Origin: a virus
Strand: one strand, 5' to 3'
Length of the DNA stretch: 33,468 nucleotides
IMG/VR virus record: IMGVR_UViG_3300045988_175500
In this document: in pieces, positions 1-7,830 of the stretch
Position numbering within the stretch: the first letter of the stretch is position 1
Layout of the letters: the number at the start of each line of letters is the position of its first letter
Program-made: the position numbers and the translations under genes
The notes under the pieces: model-generated
Told to the model about the DNA's origin: nothing
Databases searched by the model: none
Seen by the model: only the letters and a program-made list of their open reading frames with translations

Positions 1-50
1 TAGCCCTCTCAAGGCTACATTTATGGGTTCGAACCCCATACAGGTCACCA
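1..50 (+). tRNA. 3' half of a tRNA, probably tRNA-Glu(CTC); target of prophage integration
   Basis: Anticodon stem tagcc/ggcta with loop ctctcaa (anticodon CTC), T-arm atggg-ttcgaac-cccat, acceptor strand acaggtc, discriminator A and encoded CCA; 5' half lies outside the window. Confidence 0.85.
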
Positions 51-55
51 ATAAA
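35..55 (+). repeat. attL core, CCCATACAGGTCACCAATAAA
   Basis: Exact 21-bp direct repeat with 33415-33435, overlapping the tRNA 3' end; similarity continues imperfectly through the downstream hairpin. Confidence 0.85.
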
Positions 56-64
56 GTTGATAAA

Positions 65-90
65 AAGCCTTAATTTAAGGCTTTTTTAGT
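65..90 (+). terminator. Rho-independent-like terminator downstream of the tRNA
   Basis: aagccttaatttaaggctttttt hairpin with T-run; a related copy sits beyond the right att site. Confidence 0.6.
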
Positions 91-108
91 TTTTATAATT
101 TAAAATTT

Positions 109-162
109 ATGGTAATTTTCCATGTTTTCCACCTGCTCCGTGGTAATTTCATGGTAATTTTT
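109..162 (+). repeat. Left arm direct repeats, consensus (C)ATGGTAATTT
   Basis: atggtaattt at 109, gtggtaattt at 140, catggtaattttt at 150; the same motif occurs twice near the right att site. Confidence 0.6.
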
Positions 163-163
163 T

Positions 164-1285
164 TTATAGAAATTTGTCGGTTGTTTTTGCTATTTCTTTT
201 CTTATTTTATTTTCTAAATGACCATATTTGTTAACTGTTGTTGCATAATTACTATGGCCAAGTCTTTTTGAAATATGATATAATTTCCAACCGTCAGCCA
301 TCATTAATGCAACATAAGTGTGTCTAAGATCATACATTCTTATTCTAGGAACATTTGCTAAATCACAATATTTGTAAAAAGCCTTCCTTAAAGATACATC
401 ACTATATGGTCTATTTGTATTATAATTATAAAATATCAAATCTTTAATATTCATTTGTTTTGAAATTAAATATTCTTTGTACTTTTGCAATTCTTGAATT
501 AATTTTGGTGATACATCAACAATTCTATCAGAAGAGTAGGTTTTTGTTGATGACAAAAAATCATTTGATTTTGTATCATAATTAATAGAATGCAAAATTT
601 GAATTGTGCAATGTGCTTCATTAATTGAGTTCCAAGTGAGAGCCCTTGATTCTCCAATTCTGTCGCCTAGATATAAACCAAGTAACGTTAATATTTTAGT
701 TCTAAGACCAATTTCAGATGTATCATTTTCTATATAGGAAATAAATTTTGAAAATTCTTCAATAGACCAATATTTCATTTCAACCTTAGGAACTTTAATA
801 TATTTGATATTGGTTGTTGGGCTTTTAGATATTATTTCTTTGACATTCTCACACCAATTAAAAAATGCTCTTAGATGTTTTAATATTTCGTTTTTTTGTT
901 TGTTGGTCGTATTTTGAGAATTGATGAAATCGATTATATTTTCTTTTAATATATTATTAATTTTATTATTTTCTAATTCTTTATAATAACAATCATAAAA
1001 TAATTTTTTCTTTTTTAATGTATTATATGATAATTTCATTACTTCTTTACAATAAAACAAATATTCTTTCCAAAGATCTTTAAATATATAAGAGCTATTG
1101 TCTACTTTAGCATTTTTAATATTCAATTCTAATTTAGCTTTATAATCTTTTGCAAATTTTATATCATATATTTTTTTGCCATCTATTTTTGAAATAGTAG
1201 TATTATTATGCCTAATGACATAATTACCATTTTTTGTATGTCTATATATATTATCATATCTTGTTTTTTCGTATATTTTATCCAT
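164..1285 (-). CDS. int: Phage tyrosine-type site-specific integrase
   Basis: C-terminal R...HxLR(H)...GH...Y signature: GDRIGESRALTW, YDLRHTYVALM, RLGHSNYATTVNKYGHL; adjacent to attL. Confidence 0.95.
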   Translation of the reverse strand: MDKIYEKTRYDNIYRHTKNGNYVIRHNNTTISKIDGKKIYDIKFAKDYKAKLELNIKNAKVDNSSYIFKDLWKEYLFYCKEVMKLSYNTLKKKKLFYDCYYKELENNKINNILKENIIDFINSQNTTNKQKNEILKHLRAFFNWCENVKEIISKSPTTNIKYIKVPKVEMKYWSIEEFSKFISYIENDTSEIGLRTKILTLLGLYLGDRIGESRALTWNSINEAHCTIQILHSINYDTKSNDFLSSTKTYSSDRIVDVSPKLIQELQKYKEYLISKQMNIKDLIFYNYNTNRPYSDVSLRKAFYKYCDLANVPRIRMYDLRHTYVALMMADGWKLYHISKRLGHSNYATTVNKYGHLENKIRKEIAKTTDKFL

Positions 1286-1432
1286 TTTTACCCTTTCTTT
1301 CTTGTTATTAAATGATAATTTTAGTATAATAAGACATAGAAAAACATTAAAAAATTCTTATCTAGTTGTGTGGATAAATTTATATAAGTTTTTCTATTTA
1401 TGATAGTACCTATTGCAGTAGGTGCTATCTTT

Positions 1433-1738
1433 TTATATTAATTCTAATAATTTTTTTATATATCTATCAGCTTCATCTTCAAATCCTTCTCTATGAAATT
1501 CAAGTAACGTTTTATCTTGTTGTAAATGAGAAAGTTCAATATGTGCAAGTTCGTGCAATATTGTCTTTCTTTTTTTATATTTAGATAGATTTGAATTAAT
1601 CACTATATTATTTACATCTCTATAATTAAAAACGAAGCCATTGATACCATTTTCTAGGCTAGCATAAGATATGTTAGCATTGTAATACCATAATAATTCT
1701 TGTTGAGTTATAAAACCCTTTAATAAATTTAAAATCAT
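1433..1738 (-). CDS. ImmA/IrrE-family metallopeptidase
   Basis: Zinc-binding HExxH motif TILHELAHIELSH in a small protein beside the phage repressor. Confidence 0.85.
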   Translation of the reverse strand: MILNLLKGFITQQELLWYYNANISYASLENGINGFVFNYRDVNNIVINSNLSKYKKRKTILHELAHIELSHLQQDKTLLEFHREGFEDEADRYIKKLLELI

Positions 1739-1807
1739 ACTTAATACCTCTTATTTATTCCTTATTTTATATATTAAGTATCTATACTAGCATACTTTTT
1801 TATTAAT

Positions 1808-2644
1808 TTAATTGTTCTCATTTTGTTTAGACAAATAAAATTTATATACTTCAGAACATACTTCACAATCTGCTAATGCTCTATGTGAAATGTTATCTAG
1901 TCCTAAATATTCTTTTAATGTTTTTAATTTATAATTATCTATACTATTACGTGGAATTATTTTCTTTGCAAGTTCTAATGTATCTATTACTTTATTGTCA
2001 CATAATTTAATATTACTTCTATAGCATTCACTTGCTAACATTTCAATATCATATTCCGCATTATGTGCAATTAACGTATAGTCTTCAATAAATTCAAAAA
2101 ACTTCGGTATTACATCCTCTATTGTTGGCTGTGTGTCTAAATCTTCTTGTCTTATTCCCGTTAATTCTGTTATGAACTGACCAATTTTTTTATTTGGATT
2201 AACCAACATTGAAAATCTGTCAACCTCTTTATTATCAATGAACTTTATAGCAGATATTTCAATAATTTTATCAACTCTAGGCTCAAGTCCAGTAGTTTCA
2301 GTATCAAACACTACATAGTCCTTTACAACATTATCTGTCATTCTTTCTCTATAGGAATATAAGTATGCATCAAGAGGTACTGCATCCTTTGGAATTTCAA
2401 AAGGAATATAATCAGTTCTAATAGGAATATTATTATTTATAGGTTTTCTTTTTTTATCAGTAAAATTCATTTTTAATAAAATTATTAAATCTATAAACCA
2501 TCCTAATCCTAGCAAACCAAAAGTTAACAAATATAATAAGCCAATCTTTTTATTTCCACAATAGAAATGATGTACTCCAAAAATTCCGAATAATGCACAT
2601 AAAATCAATGCTGTTAATTTATTTTCATCATTAAAGTTATTCAT
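1808..2644 (-). CDS. TM2-domain membrane protein fused to a DEDDh 3'-5' exonuclease (DnaQ/epsilon-like)
   Basis: N-terminal TM2-like LILCALFGIFGVHHFYCGNKKIGLLYLLTFGLLGLGWFIDLIIL; then VFDTETTG, AHNAEYDIEML and HRALADCEV carrying D-E, D and H-D residues. Confidence 0.85.
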   Translation of the reverse strand: MNNFNDENKLTALILCALFGIFGVHHFYCGNKKIGLLYLLTFGLLGLGWFIDLIILLKMNFTDKKRKPINNNIPIRTDYIPFEIPKDAVPLDAYLYSYRERMTDNVVKDYVVFDTETTGLEPRVDKIIEISAIKFIDNKEVDRFSMLVNPNKKIGQFITELTGIRQEDLDTQPTIEDVIPKFFEFIEDYTLIAHNAEYDIEMLASECYRSNIKLCDNKVIDTLELAKKIIPRNSIDNYKLKTLKEYLGLDNISHRALADCEVCSEVYKFYLSKQNENN

Positions 2645-3000
2645 TATTCACCATCCAATTCCTTATCAATTTCTTTTTTTCGTTTTTCTATTATGAATCT
2701 AATATATTCTTTATCATCATCTGTTAATATATCTTTATGTTTGTCAAATAAAATATCAAGTTGACTTTTTGATAATTCAGTATCTTTTTTACTTAGATCT
2801 TTATTGATTAAATCATCGACTGTATAATTTAAAAAATTAGCTATTGCAATTAAATCATTTGTCATAATATTTCTTTCTCCTGATCTCCACATAGAAATTA
2901 AACTAGGACTATTATGATGTGTTATTTTTAATATTGTTTCAACACTAATTATGTTATTATCAATTAAATAACCAATATTTTTTGCAAAATAATTTTTCAT
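2644..3000 (-). CDS. XRE-family helix-turn-helix repressor (CI-like)
   Basis: N-terminal HTH (HHNSPSLISMWRSGERNIMTNDLIAIANFLNYTVDDLI), leftward at the divergent control region; SD ggagg upstream. Confidence 0.8.
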   Translation of the reverse strand: MKNYFAKNIGYLIDNNIISVETILKITHHNSPSLISMWRSGERNIMTNDLIAIANFLNYTVDDLINKDLSKKDTELSKSQLDILFDKHKDILTDDDKEYIRFIIEKRKKEIDKELDGE

Positions 3001-3019
3001 CTTTCCTCCTTTTCAAATA

Positions 3020-3048
3020 AATTATAGCCTAAAATTCACAAATTTACA
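3020..3048 (-). promoter_or_regulatory. Leftward promoter for the repressor operon
   Basis: Minus strand TTGTAA - 17 bp - TATAAT (-35 at 3048-3043, -10 at 3025-3020). Confidence 0.65.
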
Positions 3049-3055
3049 ACAATAT

Positions 3056-3070
3056 ATTCACTTTTCGTGA
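3056..3070 (+). promoter_or_regulatory. Operator 1, TTCACTTTTCGTGAA
   Basis: 15-bp inverted repeat matching two further copies. Confidence 0.7.
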
Positions 3071-3076
3071 AAAAAT

Positions 3077-3105
3077 ATTGACATTTCACTTAAAGTGAAG
3101 TATTC
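3077..3105 (+). promoter_or_regulatory. Rightward early promoter with operator in its spacer
   Basis: TTGACA - 17 bp - TATTCT; spacer contains palindrome TTCACTTAAAGTGAA (3084-3098). Confidence 0.8.
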
Positions 3106-3127
3106 TTAGTTTAGATAGGAGGTAACA

Positions 3128-3340
3128 ATGGAAACATCAGAAGAACAAGTTATTAGAAACATTAAAGCAATTCAAAAAAGATATGGGCTAACAGATTCAG
3201 ATATATCTAAGAAATTGTCTATTACTGAAAGAACATATATAAAAATTAAAAATCATCCGTTTAATTATTCTATTAATAAATTAAATGAGATAGCTTTTGT
3301 AATAGGATGCAATATAAATGAATTTTTTTTACCATTATAA
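3128..3340 (+). CDS. XRE-family small DNA-binding protein (Cro-like)
   Basis: HTH region YGLTDSDISKKLSITERTYIKIKNHP; first gene of the rightward operon with aggagg RBS. Confidence 0.75.
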   Translation: METSEEQVIRNIKAIQKRYGLTDSDISKKLSITERTYIKIKNHPFNYSINKLNEIAFVIGCNINEFFLPL

Positions 3341-3355
3341 TTCACTATAAGTGAA
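3341..3355 (+). promoter_or_regulatory. Operator 3, TTCACTATAAGTGAA
   Basis: 15-bp palindromic match to operators at 3056 and 3084, immediately after the Cro-like stop codon. Confidence 0.65.
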
Positions 3356-3374
3356 AAACAGAATAGGAGGACAC

Positions 3375-3506
3375 ATGAATCAAGATAGAAAAATAACTTT
3401 AAGAGATTTAAGAAATCAAGTTATTATGTATTTGTATAACAAAATTGAAAATAAATTAGTTTTAAATACAGAAGATGTTAAATTAATTGAAATTTTACTT
3501 AAATAA
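3375..3506 (+). CDS. Small hypothetical protein (43 aa)
   Basis: Unlisted ORF MNQDRKITLRDLRNQVIMYLYNKIENKLVLNTEDVKLIEILLK with RBS aggagg. Confidence 0.55.
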   Translation: MNQDRKITLRDLRNQVIMYLYNKIENKLVLNTEDVKLIEILLK

Positions 3507-3523
3507 AAAGACTAGAATTAAAT

Positions 3524-3682
3524 CTAATCTTCATTAATATTATTTTTGCAATTACGAACTTGTTTATAAATTTCTTTGTATGCTTCACTAACATCTTTTA
3601 TGCTTTGTTCATTACTACTGCTTTTAGTAATGTAACCGTTTTGAAGCATTGCAATAACAATTTCTTTAGCAATATCTGACAT
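3524..3682 (-). CDS. Small hypothetical protein (52 aa), opposite to the surrounding operon
   Basis: Unlisted ORF MSDIAKEIVIAMLQNGYITKSSSNEQSIKDVSEAYKEIYKQVRNCKNNINED; minus-strand SD gtgaggtg and TTGTCT-17-TATAAT promoter (3739-3711). Confidence 0.6.
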   Translation of the reverse strand: MSDIAKEIVIAMLQNGYITKSSSNEQSIKDVSEAYKEIYKQVRNCKNNINED

Positions 3683-3805
3683 ATACACACCTCACTTTCT
3701 AATGATATTTATTATAAGAAAAAATGAGGTAAAAGACAATTGCAAAAGTGCGAAAAATCAAATAGAAAACTAAACCACACAACTAAATAAGAAAGGAAAT
3801 AAAAA

Positions 3806-4018
3806 ATGAAATATTATAATGCAACCGAAATTATTAAAATAACTGGATTAAGTAAATCATCGGTTTACAATCTAATTAATAATTTAAATACAAAATTAAA
3901 AAGAGAATATCCAGGAACAATTATTATTAAAGGTCGAGTACCAAGATGGTATTTTGATAAAAAATTAATGATAAATGATATTACAAAAGAAGAAAATCAA
4001 GAATTACAAAAAATATAA
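3806..4018 (+). CDS. Small helix-turn-helix DNA-binding protein (excisionase/AlpA-like)
   Basis: MKYYNATEIIKITGLSKSSVYNLINNLN...GRVPRWYFDK, typical HTH_17/excisionase-like layout. Confidence 0.6.
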   Translation: MKYYNATEIIKITGLSKSSVYNLINNLNTKLKREYPGTIIIKGRVPRWYFDKKLMINDITKEENQELQKI

Positions 4019-4201
4019 AACAAAAAATTTGTTTAAGAGGTTGATATGAATGTATTAAAAAAAGATTTATGGATGCACACTAAATCCCATAAATCAAATA
4101 CATAAATAAAAAACTACTTTTATATTATATCAAATTATGAAATAAAATGCAAATTTAAAAAAATATGTATTTTTGAATGAAAGAGAGGAACAAAAAGATA
4201 A

Positions 4202-4402
4202 ATGAAAAAATATAGATTAAAATGTAAGATTAAAATTATTATTTTATTAATATTGATAGCATTCATTAACATAGTTGCTATATGTCAATTATTTACTGTT
4301 AAAACAATAGGTAAAACACCAGTTGGTGATTATGAATGTCATGGTGGAATTATAAAAATATGTGGATCAAGTTCTGAAGTTGCTAATTATTTAGGAGTAT
4401 AG
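4202..4402 (+). CDS. Small membrane or secreted phage protein
   Basis: Single N-terminal hydrophobic segment IIILLILIAFINIVAICQLF, then short cysteine-containing tail. Confidence 0.5.
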   Translation: MKKYRLKCKIKIIILLILIAFINIVAICQLFTVKTIGKTPVGDYECHGGIIKICGSSSEVANYLGV

Positions 4403-4405
4403 GAT

Positions 4406-5167
4406 ATGAAAAATCCAGCATTCTTATTTTATACAAGTGATTTTATTACAGGAACGTTATTTATGAATAATGAAGAAGTTGGTGCTTATATAAGAGTTTT
4501 ATGTATGCAACATCAAAAAGGTCATCTAACTGAAGAAGAAATTAAAAATATTTGTAAAAAAAATAAAATTTTTCTCTCCGTTATCTCTCATTTTAAACAA
4601 GATAAAAAAGGTCTTTTCTATAACAAAAGGCTAGATAGAGAAAAAGATAAAAGAGAGAAATATTCGGAAAGTAGGGCAAAAAACAGAAAAAAACGTACTG
4701 AAGATAAGGTTGACATGTCATCTACATATGAAAACATATCAAAAACATATGATGCACATATGGAAAATGAAAATGAAGATGAAAATATAAATAATAATAA
4801 TATAAATATTAATACTAATTATAATATTAAAAATATAACTAAAGATTATATATTTAGTTTATATACTAATACTATAAATTCTAATATAAGTTCTATTGAA
4901 TTAGAAAAATTAGATAATTATATAAATATCTTTAAAGATGACTTAAGAATAATTGCATATGCTATTGAGTATTGCAAAATGTATAGAGCTTATAACATTA
5001 ACTATCTTTGTAAAATTTTAAATAACTGGTATAAGGCAGGTTTTAATACTTTGGAACAAATTAAAGAAAAAGAAAAGCCTAAGAGCAGTAAAAATAATAA
5101 TTCAGAAGAAGAAAAGGTTGAATTGTTTGATTATGATTGGTTGAGTGACGTTAATGAAGAAAAATAA
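4406..5167 (+). CDS. Replisome organiser/replication initiator: DUF1376-like N-terminus with DnaD-like C-terminus
   Basis: N-terminal PAFLFYTSDFITGTLFMNNEEVGAYIRVLCMQHQKGHLTEEEIKNI; C-terminal YNINYLCKILNNWYKAGFNTLEQIKE resembling DnaD/DnaB_2 ends. Confidence 0.8.
   Translation: MKNPAFLFYTSDFITGTLFMNNEEVGAYIRVLCMQHQKGHLTEEEIKNICKKNKIFLSVISHFKQDKKGLFYNKRLDREKDKREKYSESRAKNRKKRTEDKVDMSSTYENISKTYDAHMENENEDENINNNNININTNYNIKNITKDYIFSLYTNTINSNISSIELEKLDNYINIFKDDLRIIAYAIEYCKMYRAYNINYLCKILNNWYKAGFNTLEQIKEKEKPKSSKNNNSEEEKVELFDYDWLSDVNEEK
4711..4850 (+). other. Candidate phage replication origin inside the initiator gene
   Basis: Palindrome TGACATGTCA (4711-4720), ACATAT units at 4724, 4734, 4745 and 4756, followed by a nearly G/C-free tract. 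Confidence 0.5.
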
Positions 5168-5474
5168 AGTTTTGAAAGAAAAGAAAAAATTATTTGATTA
5201 TTTCAAGTTAAAAAAACAATACAATGCACTTTTAATCAAATATGAAACATTGTTAAGTGATGTTAAAGAAGAGTGTTTTGAGGTTATTTATAACAAGATC
5301 AATGATGACCAATCAATTGTTAAACTAAAAAAAGATAACAAGATGTTAAGACAACAGGTTAAAACTTTAAAAGAAATTATTAAGGAGGAATGTGATGGAC
5401 GAAATAATTCCAAGAAGATATGGCCAAAATCCTCTAGCAGAAACAAAAACAGAAGCAGAATTAAAAGTAAATAA
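5154..5474 (+). CDS. Hypothetical coiled-coil protein
   Basis: ORF overlapping the initiator stop; start ATG at 5154 preferred over the track start at 5145. Confidence 0.55.
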   Translation: MKKNKVLKEKKKLFDYFKLKKQYNALLIKYETLLSDVKEECFEVIYNKINDDQSIVKLKKDNKMLRQQVKTLKEIIKEECDGRNNSKKIWPKSSSRNKNRSRIKSK

Positions 5475-5718
5475 AAAAAATCACTATTTTCAAATTATTG
5501 AAATACTAAATGATTTTGATAAACCAATGACGGCAAAAGAAATTGCTATTGAAATGAAAAAAAGAGGGTATAGCAAAACTGATGAAAGAAATGTGTCTGC
5601 TCCTAGAATTACGGAAATGATGCAAAAGGGATGGCTAGAATGTGTTGGCAAGAAAAAATGTCAATACACAAATAATTTAGTTGGAGTATTTATCGTTAGA
5701 AATATAAAAGACAGGTGA
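5395..5718 (+). CDS. Winged-helix-like hypothetical protein
   Basis: IIEILNDFDKPMTAKEIAIEMKKRGYSKTDERNVSAPRITEMMQKGWLE; SD aaggagg upstream of ATG 5395. Confidence 0.55.
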   Translation: MDEIIPRRYGQNPLAETKTEAELKVNKKNHYFQIIEILNDFDKPMTAKEIAIEMKKRGYSKTDERNVSAPRITEMMQKGWLECVGKKKCQYTNNLVGVFIVRNIKDR

Positions 5719-5722
5719 TTAC

Positions 5723-6385
5723 ATGGGAATTAGAAAAATCAAATATTTTGGAGGACAAAAAGCAACTTTACCAATCAAAAGTGAAAAGCAGTTAAAAACA
5801 GTAATGCTTTATTTGTTACAAAAGAAAGAACATGCAAAAACAAAGATTAAATATTATCTTGCTTATCGAAATTATATGTTGTTCTTAATTGGATTTAATA
5901 CAGCCTTTAGAGCTGAAGATTTACTTCAGTTAAGGGTAACGGATGTAAAAAAAGGGTTTGTATCAATTAAAGAAAATAAAACACGTAAAGTTCAAAATTT
6001 TAGAATGAATAAACAATTGCACCAGGAAATTTTAGATTATATTGAAGAATTTGATCTAAAAGAAAATGACTACTTGTTTATGGGACAAAAGAAAAAAGAT
6101 ACATACCAGGGCAAAAGCTATAAAGTTATTTATCCAATAACTCGTCAAAATGCAAGAAATATTTGCCATGATGTTGCTAATGCTGCTGGAATAGATTTTA
6201 AATTTGGCCTTCATAGTTTAAGAAAAACTTTTGGTTATATGTATATCAAGCATGGTGGGAATGTAATTACACTAATGAAAATGTATAATCATTATTCACC
6301 AGATGTCACTCTTTTATATGTTATGTGGGGTAAGGAAGATGCAGAAGCTGATCGTGAATCTACTTTCATAGGAGGGATAAAATGA
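5723..6385 (+). CDS. Second tyrosine recombinase/integrase-like protein in the early region
   Basis: R in FRAEDLLQLRV, K in TRKVQ, HSLRKTFGYMY, NHYSPDVTLLYV. Confidence 0.85.
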   Translation: MGIRKIKYFGGQKATLPIKSEKQLKTVMLYLLQKKEHAKTKIKYYLAYRNYMLFLIGFNTAFRAEDLLQLRVTDVKKGFVSIKENKTRKVQNFRMNKQLHQEILDYIEEFDLKENDYLFMGQKKKDTYQGKSYKVIYPITRQNARNICHDVANAAGIDFKFGLHSLRKTFGYMYIKHGGNVITLMKMYNHYSPDVTLLYVMWGKEDAEADRESTFIGGIK

Positions 6386-6913
6386 AATTATTAGAAAGAT
6401 TAGAAGAACAAATTAAAATACTAAGAATATCAAAAAAAAGAATATAGTAAACGTTTATCTGATTTAAAAGATAAGAATGACAATCTATTCAATTCTATCA
6501 AAATAATAACAGATGAACAAAAAGAATTAGTAAAAAAATATGATTTATTAAATGTGAAACTTGTTAAGGCATCGGATAAATTACAACAAAAAGATAAAAT
6601 TATAGAAAATTATGAAGAGGATATTAAAATAGCTAATGCTACTATTTCAAAATTATCGAAAAAAATTAATAAATTAAAAGAGAATAATAAAAAAATTGGT
6701 GGAGCTAAAGGTGGCTTGCTTAAGGAAAATAATTATTTAAAAGAGTCAGTTAAGGACTTAACATTTAAATTAGAAGAGTCTATGACTGATAAATATGTTT
6801 TAAAAAAATTACCATCTGGTAAAAGACCAAAGGGAGATTTAATGAGATTAAAAAGCCAGTCATTTCAAAGTAAAATTGTTAAACAAATGCATCGTGAGGA
6901 TTCTAATGAATAA
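6381..6913 (+). CDS. Hypothetical coiled-coil protein, apparently split by a frameshift at an A8 tract
   Basis: MKLLERLEEQIKILRISKK... stops at TAG; one fewer A in 6432-6439 gives continuous ...ISKKEYSKRLSDLKDKNDNLFNSIKIITDEQKELVKKYDLLNVKLVKASDK... to 6913. Confidence 0.55.
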
Positions 6914-7175
6914 ATTATTAACTTATGTTTTAGATAATTATTATACTGAAAAATTTATTAGATCTTTAGAGGCTGATTTAAATAAAAATAACGTTTTATT
7001 TAAAGTAAACTCTAATCATGGATGTATTGATATTTATTTAAAACCAACTCTTTGCAGTAATTATAAATTTATTTGTAGCTTTAAAAAAAGTGATGCATTA
7101 GAGTGTTTGATTAGAGATAGAACAAAATTTATGGCCTTTATTAAACAAGCTATAAAAAAATTAGGAGGTATTTAA
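6906..7175 (+). CDS. Hypothetical protein
   Basis: ATG at 6906 overlaps the upstream stop; track start at 6876 is a TTG. Confidence 0.5.
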   Translation: MNKLLTYVLDNYYTEKFIRSLEADLNKNNVLFKVNSNHGCIDIYLKPTLCSNYKFICSFKKSDALECLIRDRTKFMAFIKQAIKKLGGI

Positions 7176-7177
7176 AT

Positions 7178-7450
7178 ATGTTTGACCAAATTAAAACCAT
7201 TTTAGACACGATTTCAGGTGTTCCTAATGTTCTTGTGTATCAAGAGTTAGAACGCGTCTTAGAGCCTAGTTTAAGTGGCGAATATGAAGATTATCAAAGA
7301 CGTTTAAAATTTCAAATTATAAAAATTTATGACGGATTAGAAAAAACCATTTATAAAGCAAATTGTAAGGAAAATAATCCGGAGGAATATTTAGAAAAGA
7401 TTTTAAATGATCTAACAAAAATTAAATTAAAATTAGGAGGAATTAATTAA
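7178..7450 (+). CDS. Hypothetical protein
   Basis: Tightly packed ORF in the early operon. Confidence 0.5.
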   Translation: MFDQIKTILDTISGVPNVLVYQELERVLEPSLSGEYEDYQRRLKFQIIKIYDGLEKTIYKANCKENNPEEYLEKILNDLTKIKLKLGGIN

Positions 7451-7830
7451 TGGAATTATGGATTAGAAGTCAAGATAAAGAAAAATTAATAAAATGCAAT
7501 GATATAGCAATATCAACTGATAGTGAAGATGGTAAAACTATTGGTTATAAAATAGTAGGATATTTTGATAAAAATACTGAATATGAAGAATTAGGTTTTT
7601 ATTCATCAAAAATAAGAGCTTTAGAGATAATAGATGAAATTCAATCTAAATTGAATTGTAATAAGTTTTTATTAAAACCAAAAACAGGTTTGTTATCTAA
7701 AGATGATATCAGAAGAGAAAAAATTTGGTTAGAAGAATTAAATAGTATTAATTTAATTACTGAAAATTCATTATGCAGTATTGAGCCAATTGGTAATCCA
7801 ATATCGGTATATGAAATGCCTGAAAAGTAG
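7450..7830 (+). CDS. Hypothetical phage protein (126 aa)
   Basis: ORF start overlaps the upstream stop (TAATG). Confidence 0.5.
   Translation: MELWIRSQDKEKLIKCNDIAISTDSEDGKTIGYKIVGYFDKNTEYEELGFYSSKIRALEIIDEIQSKLNCNKFLLKPKTGLLSKDDIRREKIWLEELNSINLITENSLCSIEPIGNPISVYEMPEK

Noticed and set aside
1433-3000. Possible toxin-antitoxin interpretation of the ImmA/XRE pair
   Set aside because: Operators, divergent Cro-like gene and integrase indicate the usual phage immunity module; ImmA-type peptidase is expected here
4724-4761. ACATAT repeats as a CRISPR array or generic microsatellite
   Set aside because: Units are only 6-7 bp with 10-11 bp spacing inside an initiator gene; no spacers or long repeats. 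Origin iterons are a better fit
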